A stretch of 64,000 bases of DNA from the NCBI RefSeq assembly GCF_009914755.1, contig NC_060941.1; one strand, 5' to 3'. The position numbers and the translations under genes are program-made. Below are positions 38,701-53,100 of the stretch, piece after piece. Under the pieces are notes generated by a model. That model was not told where the DNA came from. It was given only the letters and a program-made list of their open reading frames with translations, and ran no database searches. How positions within the stretch are numbered: the first letter of the stretch is position 1; every line of letters starts with the position of its first letter. The DNA is from the human T2T-CHM13v2.0 reference genome, Homo sapiens.

Positions 38701-41700
38701 CTATGGTAGTAAAGGGAAGAGCTTCACATAAAATCTAGACAGAAGCATTCTCAGAAAATACTTTGTGATGATTGAGTTTAACACACAGAGCTGAACATTC
38801 CTTTGGATGGAGAAGGTTTGAAACACACTTTCTGTAGAATCTGCGAGTGGATATTTGGACCTCTCTGAGGATTTCGTTGGAAACGGGATAACTGCACCTA
38901 ACTAAACGGAAGCATTCTCACAAAATTCTTTGTGATGTTTGCATTCAAATCCCAGAGTTGAACCTTCCTTTGATAGTTCAGCTTTGAAACACTCTTTTTG
39001 TAGGATCTGCAGGTGGATATTTGGACCACTCTTTGGCCTTCGTTCGAAACGGGTACATCTTCAAATAAAATCTAGACAGAAGCCTTCTCAGAAACTTCTC
39101 TGTGACGATTGCATTCAACTCAAAGCGTTGAACCCTCCTATGGATAGAGCAGTTTTGAATCTCTCTTTTTGTGGAATCTGCAACTGGATATGTGGTCCTC
39201 TTTGAAGATGTCTTTGGAAACGGGAATATCTTCACATAAAAACTAAACAGAAGCATTCTCAGAAACTTCTCTGTGATGTTTGTGTTCAACTCACAGAGTT
39301 TCACGTTGCTTTTCATAGAGCAGATGAGAAACATGCTTTTCGTAGGGTCTGCAAGTGGACATTTGGAGAGATTTCAGGCCTGTGGTGGAAAGCGAATTAT
39401 CGTCACGGAAAAACTAGAGAGAAGCATTGTCAGAAACTTGTTTGTGATGACTGCATTCAACTCACAGAGTTGAAGGTTCCTTTTCAAACAGCAGTTTCCA
39501 AACACTCTTTCTGTGGCATCTGCAAGTGGATGTTTGGGCCTCTTTGAAGATTTCGTTGGAAACTGGATAATCTTCACAGAAAAGCTAAACAGAAGCATTC
39601 TCAGAAACTTCTTTGTGATGTTTGCTTTCAACTCACAGAGTTGAACTTTCCTTTTGAGAGAGAAGCTTTGAAACACTCTTTTTCTAGAATCTGCAAGTGG
39701 ATATTTGGAGGGCTTTGAGGCCTGTGGTGGAAAAGGAATTATCTTCCCGTAAGAACTAGATAGATGCATTCTCAGAAACTACTTTGTGTCGATTGCATTC
39801 AAGTCACAGAGGTGAACATTCCCTTTCAGAGAGCACTTTGGAAACCCTCGTTGTGTAGAATCTGCAAGTGGAGATATGGACCGCTTTGAGGCCTATGGTA
39901 GTAAAGGAAACAGCTTCATATAAAAACTAGACAGCAGCATTCTCAGAAAACTCTTTGTGACGACTGAGTTTAACTCACAGGGCTGAACATTCCTTTGGAT
40001 GGAGCAGTTTGGAAACACACTATCTGTAGGATCTGCAAGCGGATACTTGGGCCTCTCTGAGGATTTCGTTGGAAACGGAATAAACCGCACAGAACTAAAC
40101 AGAAGCATTCTCAGAACCTTCTTCGTGATGTTTGCATTCAACCCACAGTGTTGAACCTTTCTTTGATAGTTCAGGTTTGAAACACTCTTTTTGTAGAAAC
40201 TGCAAGTGGATAACTGCACTTCTTTGAGGCCTATCGTAGTAAAGGAAATAACTTCCTATAAAAACAAGACAGAAGCTTTCTCAGAAAATTCTCTGGGATG
40301 ATTGAGTTGAACTCACAGAGCAGTACTTTCCTTGGGATGGAGTAGTTTCGAAACACACTTTCTGTAGAATCTGCAAGTGGATATTTGGACCTGTCTGAGG
40401 AATTCGTTGCAAACGGGATAATTTCAGCTAAGTAAACAGAAGCAGTCTCAGAATCTTCTTGTGATGTTTGCATTCAAATCCCAGAATTGAACCTTCCTTT
40501 GAAAGTTCAGGTTGGAAACACTCTTTTTGCAGGATCTACAAGTGGATATTCGGACCACTCTGTGGACTTCGTTCGAAATGGGTATATCTTCACATAACAT
40601 CTAGACAGAAGCATTCTCAGAAACTTTTCTGTGATGACTGCATTCAACTCACAGAGTTGAACACTCCTTTTGAGAGCGCAGTTTTGAAACTCTCTTTCTC
40701 TGGAATCTGCAAGGGGACATGCAGACCTCTTTGAAGGTTTCGTTGGAAACGGAATCATCTTCACATAAAAATTACACAGAAGCATCCTCAGGAACTCCTT
40801 GGTGATGTTTGTATTCAACTTCCAGAGTTGAACTTTCCTTCGGAAAGAGCAGCTATGAAACACTCTTTTTCTAGAATCTGCAAGTGGACATTGGGAGGGC
40901 TGTGAGGTTTGTGGTGGAAAAGGAAATATCTCCACATAAATACTAGATAGAAGCCTTCTCAGAAACTACTTTGTGATGATTGCATTCACCTCACGGAGTG
41001 GAGCATTCCTATTGACAGAGCAGTTTGGAAACACTCTTGTTGTAGAATCTCCTAGTGGAGATTTGGAGCGCTTTGAGGCCTATGGTAGTAAAGGGAAGAG
41101 CTTCACATAAAATCTAGACAGAAGCATTCTCAGAAAATACTTTGTGATGATTGAGTTTAACACACAGAGCTGAACATTCCTTTGGATGGAGAAGGTTTGA
41201 AACACACTTTCTGTAGAATCTGCGAGTGGATATTTGGACCTCTCTGAGGTTTTCGTTGGAAACGGGATAACTGCACCTAACTAAACGGAAGCCTTCTCAC
41301 AAAATTCTTTGTGATGTTTGCATTCAAATCCCAGAGTTGAACCTTCCTTTGATAGTTCAGCTTTGAAACACTCTTTTTGTAGGATCTGCAGGTGGATATT
41401 TGGCCTACTCTTTGGCCTTCGTTCGAAACGGGTACATCTTCAAATAAAATCTAGACAGAAGCCTTCTCAGAAACTTCTCTGTGACGATTGCATTCAACTC
41501 AAAGAGTTGAACCCTCCTATGGATAGAGCAGTTTTGAATCTCTCTTTTTGTGGAATCTGCAAGTGGATATGTGGTCCTCTTTGAAGATGTCTTTGGAAAC
41601 GGGAATATCTTCACATAAAAACTAAACAGAAGCATTCTCAGAAACTTCTCTGTGATGTTTGTGTTCAACTCACAGAGTTTCACGTTGCTTTTCATAGAGC

Positions 41701-44700
41701 AGATGAGAAACATGCTTTTCGTAGGGTCTGCAAGTGGACATTTGGAGAGATTTCAGGCCTGTGGTGGAAAACGAATTATCGTCACGTAAAAACTAGAGAG
41801 AAGCATTGTCAGAAACTTGTTTGTGATGACTGCATTCCTCTCAAAGAGTTGAAGATTCCTTTTCAAACAGCAGTTTCCAAACACTCTTTCTGTGGCATCT
41901 GCAAGTGGATGTTTGGGCCTCTTTGAAGATTTCGTTGGAAACGGGATAATCTTCACAGAAAAGCTAAACAGAAGCATTCTCAGAAACTTCTTTGTGATGT
42001 TCGCTTTCAACTCACAGAGTTGAACTTTCCTTTTGAGAGAGAAGCTTTGAAACACTCTTTTTCTAGAATCTGCAAGTGGATATTTGGAGGGCTTTGAGGC
42101 CTGTGGTGGAAAAGGAATTATCTTCCCGTAAGAACTAGATAGATGCATTCTCAGAAACTACTTTGTGACGATTGCATTCAAGTCACAGAGGTGAACATTT
42201 CCTTTCAGAGAGCACTTTGGAAACCCTCGTTGTGTAGAATCTGCAAGTGGAGATATGGACCGCTTTGAGGCCTATGGTAGTAAAGGAAACAGCTTCATAT
42301 AAAAACTAGACAGCAGCATTCTCAGAAAACTCTTTGTGACGACTGAGTTTAACTCACAGGGCTGAACATTCCTTTGGATGGAGCAGTTTGGAAACACACT
42401 ATCTGTAGGATCTGCAAGCGGATACTTGGGCCTCTCTGAGGATTTCGTTGGAAACGGAATAAACCGCACAGAACTAAACAGAAGCATTCTCAGAACCTTC
42501 TTCGTGATGTTTGCATTCAACCCACAGTGTTGAACCTTTCTTTGATAGTTCAGGTTTGAAACACTCTTTTTGTAGAAACTGCAAGTGGATAACTGCACTT
42601 CTTTGAGGCCTATCGTAGTAAAGGAAATAACTTCCTATAAAAACAAGACAGAAGCTTTCTCAGAAAATTCTCTGAGATGATTGAGTTGAACTCACAGAGC
42701 AGTACTTTCCTTGGGATGGAGTAGTTTCGAAACACACTTTCTGTAGAATCTGCAAGTGGATATTTGGACCTGTCTGAGGAATTCGTTGCAAACGGGATAA
42801 TTTCAGCTAAGTAAACAGAAGCAGTCTCAGAATCTTCTTGTGATGTTTGCATTCAAATCCCAGAATTGAACCTTCCTTTGAAAGTTCAGGTTGGAAACAC
42901 TCTTTTTGCAGGATCTACAAGTGGATATTCGGACCACTCTGTGGACTTCGTTCGAAAGGGGTATATCTTCACATAACATCTAGACAGAAGCATTCTCAGA
43001 AACTTTTCTGTGATGACTGCATTCAACTCACAGAGTTGAACACTCCTTTTGAGAGCGCAGTTTTGAAACTCTCTTTCTCTGTAATCTGCAAGGGGACATG
43101 CAGACCTCTTTGAAGGTTTCGTTGGAAACGGAATCATCTTCACATAAAAATTACACAGAAGCATCCTCAGGAACTCCTTGGTGATGTTTGTATTCAACTT
43201 CCAGAGTTGAACTTTCCTTCGCAAAGAGCAGCTATGAAACATTCTTTTTCTAGAATCTGCAAGTGGACATTGGGAGGGCTGTGAGGTTTGTGGTGGAAAA
43301 GGAAATATCTCCACATAAATACTAGATAGAAGCCTTCTCAGAAACTCCTTTGTGATGATTGCATTCACCTCACGGAGTGGAGCATTCCTATTGACAGAGC
43401 AGTTTGGAAACACTCTTGTTGTAGAATCTCCTAGTGGAGATTTGGAGCGCTTTGAGGCCTATGGTAGTAAAGGGAAGAGCTTCACATAAAATCTAGACAG
43501 AAGCATTCTCAGAAAATACTTTGTGATGATTGAGTTTAACACACAGAGCTGAACATTCCTTTGGATGGAGAAGGTTTGAAACACACTTTCTGTAGAATCT
43601 GCGAGTGGATATTTGGACCTCTCTGAGGATTTCGTTGGAAACGGGATAACTGCACCTAACTAAACGGAAGCATTCTCACAAAATTCTTTGTGATGTTTGC
43701 ATTCAAATCCCAGAGTTGAACCTTCCTTTGATAGTTCAGCTTTGAAACACTCTTTTTGTAGGATCTGCAAGTGGATATTTGGACCACTCTTTGGCCTTCG
43801 TTCGAAACGGGTACATCTTCAAATAAAATCTAGACAGAAGCCTTCTCAGAAACTTCTCTGTGACGATTGCATTCAACTCAAAGAGTTGAACCCTCCTATG
43901 GATAGAGCAGTTTTGAATCTCTCTTTTTGTGGAATCTGCAAGTGGATATGTGGTCCTCTTTGAAGATGTCTTTGGAAACGGGAATATCTTCACATAAAAA
44001 CTAAACAGAAGCATTCTCAGAAACTTCTCTGTGATGTTTGTGTTCAACTCACAGAGTTTCACGTTGCTTTTCATAGAGCAGATGAGAAACATGCTTTTCG
44101 TAGGGTCTGCAAGTGGACATTTGGAGAGATTTCAGGCCTGTGGTGGAAAACGAATTATCGTCACGTAAAAACTAGAGAGAAGCATTGTCAGAAACTTGTT
44201 TGTGATGACTGCATTCAACTCACAGAGTTGAAGGTTCCTTTTCAAACAGCAGTTTCCAAACACTCTTTCTGTGGCATCTGCAAGTGGATGTTTGGGCCTC
44301 TTTGAAGATTTCGTTGGAAACGGGATAATCTTCACAGAAAAGCTAAACAGAAGCATTCTCAGAAACTTCTTTGTGATGTTTGCTTTCAACTCACAGAGTT
44401 GAACTTTCCTTTTGAGAGAGAAGCTTTGAAACACTCTTTTTCTAGAATCTGCAAGTGGATATTTGGAGGGCTTTGAGGCCTGTGGTGGAAAAGGAATTAT
44501 CTTCCCGTAAGAACTAGATAGATGCATTCTCAGAAACTACTTTGTGTCGATTGCATTCAAGTCACAGAGGTGAACATTCCCTTTCAGAGAGCACTTTGGA
44601 AACTCTCGTTGTGTAGAATCTGCAAGTGGAGATATGGACCGCTTTGAGGCCTATGGTAGTAAAGGAAACAGCTTCATATAAAAACTAGACAGCAGCATTC

Positions 44701-46926
44701 TCAGAAAACTCTTTGTGACGACTGAGTTTAACTCACAGGGCTGAACATTCCTTTGGATGGAGCAGTTTGGAAACACACTATCTGTAGGATCTGCAAGCGG
44801 ATACTTGGGCCTCTCTGAGGATTTCGTTGGAAACGGGATAAACCGCACAGAACTAAACAGAAGCATTCTCAGAACCTTCTTCGTGATGTTTGCATTCAAC
44901 CCACAGTGTTGAACCTTTCTTTGATAGTTCAGGTTTGAAACACTCTTTTTGTAGAAACTGCAAGTGGATAACTGCACTTCTTTGAGGCCTATCTTAATAA
45001 AGGAAATAAATTCCTATAAAAACAAGACAGAAGCTTTCTCAGAAAATTCTCTGGGATGATTGAGTTGAACTCACAGAGCAGTACTTTCCTTGGGATGGAG
45101 TAGTTTCGAAACACACTTTCTGTAGAATCTACAAGTGGATATTTGGACCTGTCAGAGGAATTCGTTGCAAACGGGATAATTTCAGCTAAGTAAACAGAAG
45201 CAGTCTCAGAATCTTCTTGTGATGTTTGCATTCAAATCCCAGAATTGAACCTTCCTTTGAAAGTTCAGGTTGGAAACACTCTTTTTGCAGGATCTACAAG
45301 TGGATATTCGGACCACTCTGTGGACTTCGTTCGAAACGGGTATATCTTCACATAACATCTAGACAGAAGCATTCTCAGAAACTTTTCTGTGATGACTGCA
45401 TTCAACTCACAGAGTTGAACACTCCTTTTGAGAGCGCAGTTTTGAAACTCTCTTTCTCTGGAATCTGCAAGGGGACATGCAGACCTCTTTGAAGGTTTCG
45501 TTGGAAACGGAATCATCTTCACATAAAAATTACACAGAAGCATCCTCAGGAACTCCTTGGTGATGTTTGTATTCAACTTCCAGAGTTGAACTTTCCTTCG
45601 GAAAGAGCAGCTATGAAACACTCTTTTTCTAGAATCTGCAAGTGGACATTGGGAGGGCTGTGAGGTTTGTGGTGGAAAAGGAAATATCTCCACATAAATA
45701 CTAGATAGAAGCCTTCTCAGAAACTCCTTTGTGATGATTGCATTCACCTCACGGAGTGGAGCATTCCTATTGACAGAGCAGTTTGGAAACACTCTTGTTG
45801 TAGAATCTCCTAGTGGAGATTTGGAGCGCTTTGAGGCCTATGGTAGTAAAGGGAAGAGCTTCACATAAAATCTAGACAGAAGCATTCTCAGAAAATACTT
45901 TGTGATGATTGAGTTTAACACACAGAGCTGAACATTCCTTTGGATGGAGAAGGTTTGAAACACACTTTCTGTAGAATCTGCGAGTGGATATTTGGACCTC
46001 TCTGAGGATTTCGTTGGAAACGGGATAACTGCACCTAACTAAACGGAAGCATTCTCACAAAATTCTTTGTGATGTTTGCATTCAAATCCCAGAGTTGAAC
46101 CTTCCTTTGATAGTTCAGCTTTGAAACACTCTTTTTGTAGGATCTGCAGGTGGATATTTAGACCACTCTTTGGCCTTCGTTCGAAACGGGTACATCTTCA
46201 AATAAAATCTAGACAGAAGCCTTCTCAGAAACTTCTCTGTGACGATTGCATTCAACTCAAAGCGTTGAACCCTCCTATGGATAGAGCAGTTTTGAATCTC
46301 TCTTTTTGTGGAATCTGCAACTGGATATGTGGTCCTCTTTGAAGATGTCTTTGGAAACGGGAATATCTTCACATAAAAACTAAACAGAAGCATTCTCAGA
46401 AACTTCTCTGTGATGTTTGTGTTCAACTCACAGAGTTTCACGTTGCTTTTCATAGAGCAGATGAGAAACATGCTTTTCGTAGGGTCTGCAAGTGGACATT
46501 TGGAGAGATTTCAGGCCTGTGGTGGAAAGCGAATTATCGTCACGTAAAAACTAGAGAGAAGCATTGTCAGAAACTTGTTTGTGATGACTGCATTCAACTC
46601 ACAGAGTTGAAGGTTCCTTTTCAAACAGCAGTTTCCAAACACTCTTTCTGTGGCATCTGCAAGTGGATGTTTGGGCCTCTTTGAAGATTTCGTTGGAAAC
46701 GGGATAATCTTCACAGAAAAGCTAAACAGAAGCATTCTCAGAAACTTCTTTGTGATGTTTGCTTTCAACTCACAGAGTTGAACTTTCCTTTTGAGAGAGA
46801 AGCTTTGAAACACTCTTTTTCTAGAATCTGCAAGTGGATATTTGGAGGGCTTTGAGGCCTGTGGTGGAAAAGGAATTATCTTCCCGTAAGAACTAGATAG
46901 ATGCATTCTCAGAAACTACTTTGTGT
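32710..46926 (+). repeat. Tandem duplication of a 3-HOR block (~7137-bp period), U15-U17 / U18-U20
   Basis: U15=U18: GAGGTTTTCG, TTGGCCTACT, GAAGATTCC, GATGTTCGC. U16=U19: GAAAGGGG, TTCGCAAAG, TATCTTAATAAAGG, TGTCAGAGG. U17=U20: CAACTGGATA, GAAAGCGAATT. Confidence 0.9.
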
Positions 46927-47192
46927 CGATTGCATTCAAGTCACAGAGGTGAACATTCCCTTTCAGAGAGCACTTTGGAAACTCTCGTTGTGTAGAATCT
47001 GCAAGTGGAGATATGGACCGCTTTGAGGCCTATGGTAGTAAAGGAAACAGCTTCATATAAAAACTAGACAGCAGCATTCTCAGAAAACTCTTTGTGACGA
47101 CTGAGTTTAACTCACAGGGCTGAACATTCCTTTGGATGGAGCAGTTTGGAAACACACTCTCTGTAGGATCTGCAAGCGGATACTTGGGCCTC

Positions 47193-50100
47193 CCTGAGGA
47201 TTTCGTTGGAAACGGGATAAACCGCACAGAACTAAACAGAAGCATTCTCAGAACCTTCTTCGTGATGTTTCCATTCAACCCACAGTGTTGAACCTTTCTT
47301 TGATAGTTCAGGTTTGAAACACTCTTTTTGTAGAAACTGCAAGTGGATAACTGCACTTCTTTGAGGCCTATCGTAGTAAAGGAAATAACTTCCTATAAAA
47401 ACAAGACAGAAGCTTTCTCAGAAAATTCTCTGTGATGATTGAGTTGAACTCACAGAGCAGTACTTTCCTTGGGATGGAGTAGTTTCGAAACACACTTTCT
47501 GTAGAATCTGCAAGTGGATATTTGGACCTGTCTGAGGAATTCGTTGCAAACGGGATAATTTCAGCTAAGTAAACAGAAGCAGTCTCAGAATCTTCCTGTG
47601 ATGTTTGCATTCAAATCCCAGAATGGAACCTTCCTTTGAAAGTTCAGGTTGGAAACACTCTTTTTGCAGGATCTACAAGTGGATATTCGGACCACTCTGT
47701 GGACTTCGTTCGAAACGGGTATATCTTCACATAACATCTAGACAGAAGCATTCTCAGAAACTTTTCTGTGATGACTGCATTCAACTCACAGAGTTGAACA
47801 CTCCTTTTGAGAGTGCAGTTTTGAAACTCTCTTTCTCTGGAATCTGCAAGGGGACATGCAGACCTCTTTGAAGGTTTCGTTGGAAACGGAATCATCTTCA
47901 CATAAAAATTACACAGAAGCATCCTCAGGAACTCCTTGGTGATGTTTGTATTCAACTTCCAGAGTTGAACTTTCCTTCGGAAAGAGCAGCTATGAAACAC
48001 TCTTTTTCTAGAATCTGCAAGTGGACATTGGGAGGGCTGTGAGGTTTGTGGTGGAAAAGGAAATATCTCCACATAAATACTAGATAGAAGCCTTCTCAGA
48101 AACTACTTTGTGATGATTGCATTCACCTCACGGAGTGGAGCATTCCTATTGACAGAGCAGTTTGGAAACACTCTTGTTGTAGAATCTGCTAGTGGAGATT
48201 TGGAGCGCTTTGAGGCCTATGGTAGTAAAGGGAAGAGCTTCACATAAAATCTAGACAGAAGCATTCTCAGAAAATACTTTGTGATGATTGAGTTTAACAC
48301 ACAGAGCTGAACATTCCTTTGGATGGAGAAGGTTTGAAACACACTTTCTGTAGAATCTGCGAGTGGATATTTGGACCTCTCTGAGGATTTCGTTGGAAAC
48401 GGGATAACTGCACCTAACTAAACGGAAGCATTCTCACAAAATTCTTTGTGATGTTTGCATTCAAATCCCAGAGTTGAACCTTCCTTTGATAGTTCAGCTT
48501 TGAAACACTCTTTTTGTAGGATCTGCAAGTGGATATTTGGACCACTCTTTGGCCTTCGTTCGAAACGGGTACATCTTCAAATAAAATCTAGACAGAAGCC
48601 TTCTCAGAAACTTCTCTGTGACGATTGCATTCAACTCAAAGCGTTGAACCCTCCTATGGATAGAGCAGTTTTGAATCTCTCTTTTTGTGGAATCTGCAAG
48701 TGGATATGTGGTCCTCTTTGAAGATGTCTTTGGAAACGGGAATATCTTCACATAAAAACTAAACAGAAGCATTCTCAGAAACTTCTCTGTGATGTTTGTG
48801 TTCAACTCACAGAGTTTCACGTTGCTTTTCATAGAGCAGATGAGAAACATGCTTTTCGTAGGGTCTGCAAGTGGACATTTGGAGAGATTTCAGGCCTGTG
48901 GTGGAAAACGAATTATCGTCACGTAAAAACTAGAGAGAAGCATTGTCAGAAACTTGTTTGTGATGACTGCATTCAACTCACAGAGTTGAAGGTTCCTTTT
49001 CAAACAGCAGTTTCCAAACACTCTTTCTGTGGCATCTGCAAGTGGATGTTTGGGCCTCTTTGAAGATTTCGTTGGAAACGGGATAATCTTCACAGAAAAG
49101 CTAAACAGAAGCATTCTCAGAAACTTCTTTGTGATGTTTGCTTTCAACTCACAGAGTTGAACTTTCCTTTTGAGAGAGAAGCTTTGAAACACTCTTTTTC
49201 TAGAATCTGCAAGTGGATATTTGGAGGGCTTTGAGGCCTGTGGTGGAAAAGGAATTATCTTCCCGTAAGAACTAGATAGATGCATTCTCAGAAACTACTT
49301 TGTGACGATTGCATTCAAGTCACAGAGGTGAACATTTCCTTTCAGAGAGCACTTTGGAAACTCTCGTTGTGTAGAATCTGCAAGTGGAGATATGGACCGC
49401 TTTGAGGCCTATGGTAGTAAAGGAAACAGCTTCATATAAAAACTAGACAGCAGCATTCTCAGAAAACTCTTTGTGACGACTGAGTTTAACTCACAGGGCT
49501 GAACATTCCTTTGGATGGAGCAGTTTGGAAACACACTATCTGTAGGATCTGCAAGCGGATACTTGGGCCTCTCTGAGGATTTCGTTGGAAACGGGATAAA
49601 CCGCACAGAACTAAACAGAAGCATTCTCAGAACCTTCTTCGTGATGTTTGCATTCAACCCACAGTGTTGAACCTTTCTTTGATAGTTCAGGTTTGAAACA
49701 CTCTTTTTGTAGAAACTGCAAGTGGATAACTGCACTTCTTTGAGGCCTATCGTAGTAAAGGAAATAACTTCCTATAAAAACAAGACAGAAGCTTTCTCAG
49801 AAAATTCTCTGGGATGATTGAGTTGAACTCACAGAGCAGTACTTTCCTTGGGATGGAGTAGTTTCGAAACACACTTTCTGTAGAATCTGCAAGTGGATAT
49901 TTGGACCTGTCTGAGGAATTCGTTGCAAACGGGATAATTTCAGCTAAGTAAACAGAAGCAGTCTCAGAATCTTCTTGTGATGTTTGCATTCAAATCCCAG
50001 AATTGAACCTTCCTTTGAAAGTTCAGGTTGGAAACACTCTTTTTGCAGGATCTACAAGTGGATATTCGGACCACTCTGTGGACTTCGTTCGAAACGGGTA

Positions 50101-53100
50101 TATCTTCACATAACATCTAGACAGAAGCATTCTCAGAAACTTTTCTGTGTTGACTGCATTCAACTCACAGAGTTGAACACTCCTTTTGAGAGCGCAGTTT
50201 TGAAACTCTCTTTCTCTGGAATCTGCAAGGGGACATGCAGACCTCTTTGAAGGTTTCGTTGGAAACGGAATCATCTTCACATAAAAATTACACAGATGCA
50301 TCCTCAGGAACTCCTTGGTGATGTTTGTATTCAACTTCCAGAGTTGAACTTTCCTTCGGAAAGAGCAGCTATGAAACACTCTTTTTCTAGAATCTGCAAG
50401 TGGACATTGGGAGGGCTGTGAGGTTTGTGGTGGAAAAGGAAATATCTCCACATAAATACTAGATAGAAGCCTTCTCAGAAACTCCTTTGTGATGATTGCA
50501 TTCACCTCACGGAGTGGAGCATTCCTATTGACAGAGCAGTTTGGAAACACTCTTGTTGTAGAATCTCCTAGTGGAGATTTGGAGCGCTTTGAGGCCTATG
50601 GTAGTAAAGGGAAGAGCTTCACATAAAATCTAGACAGAAGCATTCTCAGAAAATACTTTGTGATGATTGAGTTTAACACACAGAGCTGAACATTCCTTTG
50701 GATGGAGAAGGTTTGAAACACACTTTCTGTAGAATCTGCGAGTGGATATTTGGACCTCTCTGAGGATTTCGTTGGAAACGGGATAACTGCACCTAACTAA
50801 ACGGAAGCATTCTCACAAAATTCTTTGTGATGATTGCATTCAAATCCCAGAGTTGAACCTTCCTTTGATAGTTCATCTTTGAATCACTCTTTTTGTAGGA
50901 TCTGCAAGTGGATATTTGGACCACTCTTTGGCCTTCGTTCGAAACGGGTACATCTTCAAATAAAATCTAGACAGAAGCCTTCTCAGAAACTTCTCTGTGA
51001 CGATTGCATTCAACTCAAAGCGTTGAACGCTCCTATGGATAGAGCAGTTTTGAATCTCTCTTTTTGTGGAATCTGCAAGTGGATATGTGGTCCTCTTTGA
51101 AGATGTCTTTGGAAACGGGAATATCTTCACATAAAAACTAAACAGAAGCATTCTCAGAAACTTCTCTGTGATGTTTGTGTTCAACTCACAGAGTTTCACG
51201 TTGCTTTTCATAGAGCAGATGAGAAACATGCTTTTCGTAGGGTCTGCAAGTGGACATTTGGAGAGATTTCAGGCCTGTGGTGGAAAACGAATTATCGTCA
51301 CGTAAAAACTAGAGAGAAGCATTGTCAGAAACTTGTTTGTGATGACTGCATTCCACTCACAGAGTTGAAGGTTCCTTTTCAAACAGCAGTTTCCAAACAC
51401 TCTTTCTGTGGCATCTGCAAGTGGATGTTTGGGCCTCTTTGAAGATTTCGTTGGAAACGGGATAATCTTCACAGAAAAGCTAAACAGAAGCATTCTCAGA
51501 AACTTCTTTGTGATGTTTGCTTTCAACTCACAGAGTTGAACTTTCCTTTTGAGAGAGAAGCTTTGAAACACTCTTTTTCTAGAATCTGCAAGTGGATATT
51601 TGGAGGGCTTTGAGGCCTGTGGTGGAAAAGGAATTATCTTCCCGTAAGAACTAGATAGATGCATTCTCAGAAACTACTTTGTGACGATTGCATTCAAGTC
51701 ACAGAGGTGAACATTCCCTTTCAGAGAGCACTTTGGAAACTCTCGTTGTGTAGAATCTGCAAGTGGAGATATGGACCGCTTTGAGGCCTATGGTAGTAAA
51801 GGAAACAGCTTCATATAAAAGCTAGACAGCAGCATTCTCAGAAAACTCTTTGTGACGACTGAGTTTAACTCACAGGGCTGAACATTCCTTTGGATGGAGC
51901 AGTTTGGAAACACACTATCTGTAGGATCTGCAAGCGGATACTTGGGCCTCCCTGAGGATTTCGTGGGAAACGGGATAAACCGCACAGAACTAAACAGAAG
52001 CATTCTCAGAACCTTCTTCGTGATGTTTGCATTCAACCCACAGTGTTGAACCTTTCTTTGATAGTTCAGGTTTGAAACACTCTTTTTGTAGAAACTGCAA
52101 GTGGATAACTGCACTTCTTTGAGGCCTATCGTAGTAAAGGAAATAACTTCCTATAAAAACAAGACAGAAGCTTTCTCAGAAAATTCTCTGGGATGATTGA
52201 GTTGAACTCACAGAGCAGTACTTTCCTTGGGATGGAGTAGTTTCGAAACACACTTTCTGTAGAATCTGCAAGTGGATATTTGGACCTGTCTGAGGAATTC
52301 GTTGCAAACGGGATAATTTCAGCTAAGTAAACAGAAGAAGTCTCAGAATCTTCTTCTGATGTTTGCATTCAAATCCCAGAATTGAACCTTCCTTTGAAAG
52401 TTCAGGTTGGAAACACTCTTTTTGCAGGATCTACAAGTGGATATTCGGACCACTCTGTGGACTTCGTTCGAAACGGGTATATCTTCACATAACATCTAGA
52501 CAGAAGCATTCTCAGAAACTTTTCTGTGATGACTGCATTCAACTCACAGAGTTGAACACTCCTTTTGAGAGTGCAGTTTTGAAACTCTCTTTCTCTGGAA
52601 TCTGCAAGGGGACATGCAGACCTCTTTGAAGGTTTCGTTGGAAACGGAATCATCTTCACATAAAAATTACACAGAAGCATCCTCAGGAACTCCTTGGTGA
52701 TGTTTGTATTCAACTTCCAGAGTTGAACTTTCCTTCGGAAAGAGCAGCTATGAAACACTCTTTTTCTAGAATCTGCAAGTGGACATTGGGAGGGCTGTGA
52801 GGTTTGTGGTGGAAAAGGAAATATCTCCACATAAATACTAGATAGAAGCCTTCTCAGAAACTACTTTGTGATGATTGCATTCACCTCACGGAGTGGAGCA
52901 TTCCTATTGACAGAGCAGTTTGGAAACACTCTTGTTGTAGAATCTGCTAGTGGAGATTTGGAGCGCTTTGAGGCCTATGGTAGTAAAGGGAAGAGCTTCA
53001 CATAAAATCTAGACAGAAGCATTCTCAGAAAATACTTTGTGATGATTGAGTTTAACACACAGAGCTGAACATTCCTTTGGATGGAGAAGGTTTGAAACAC

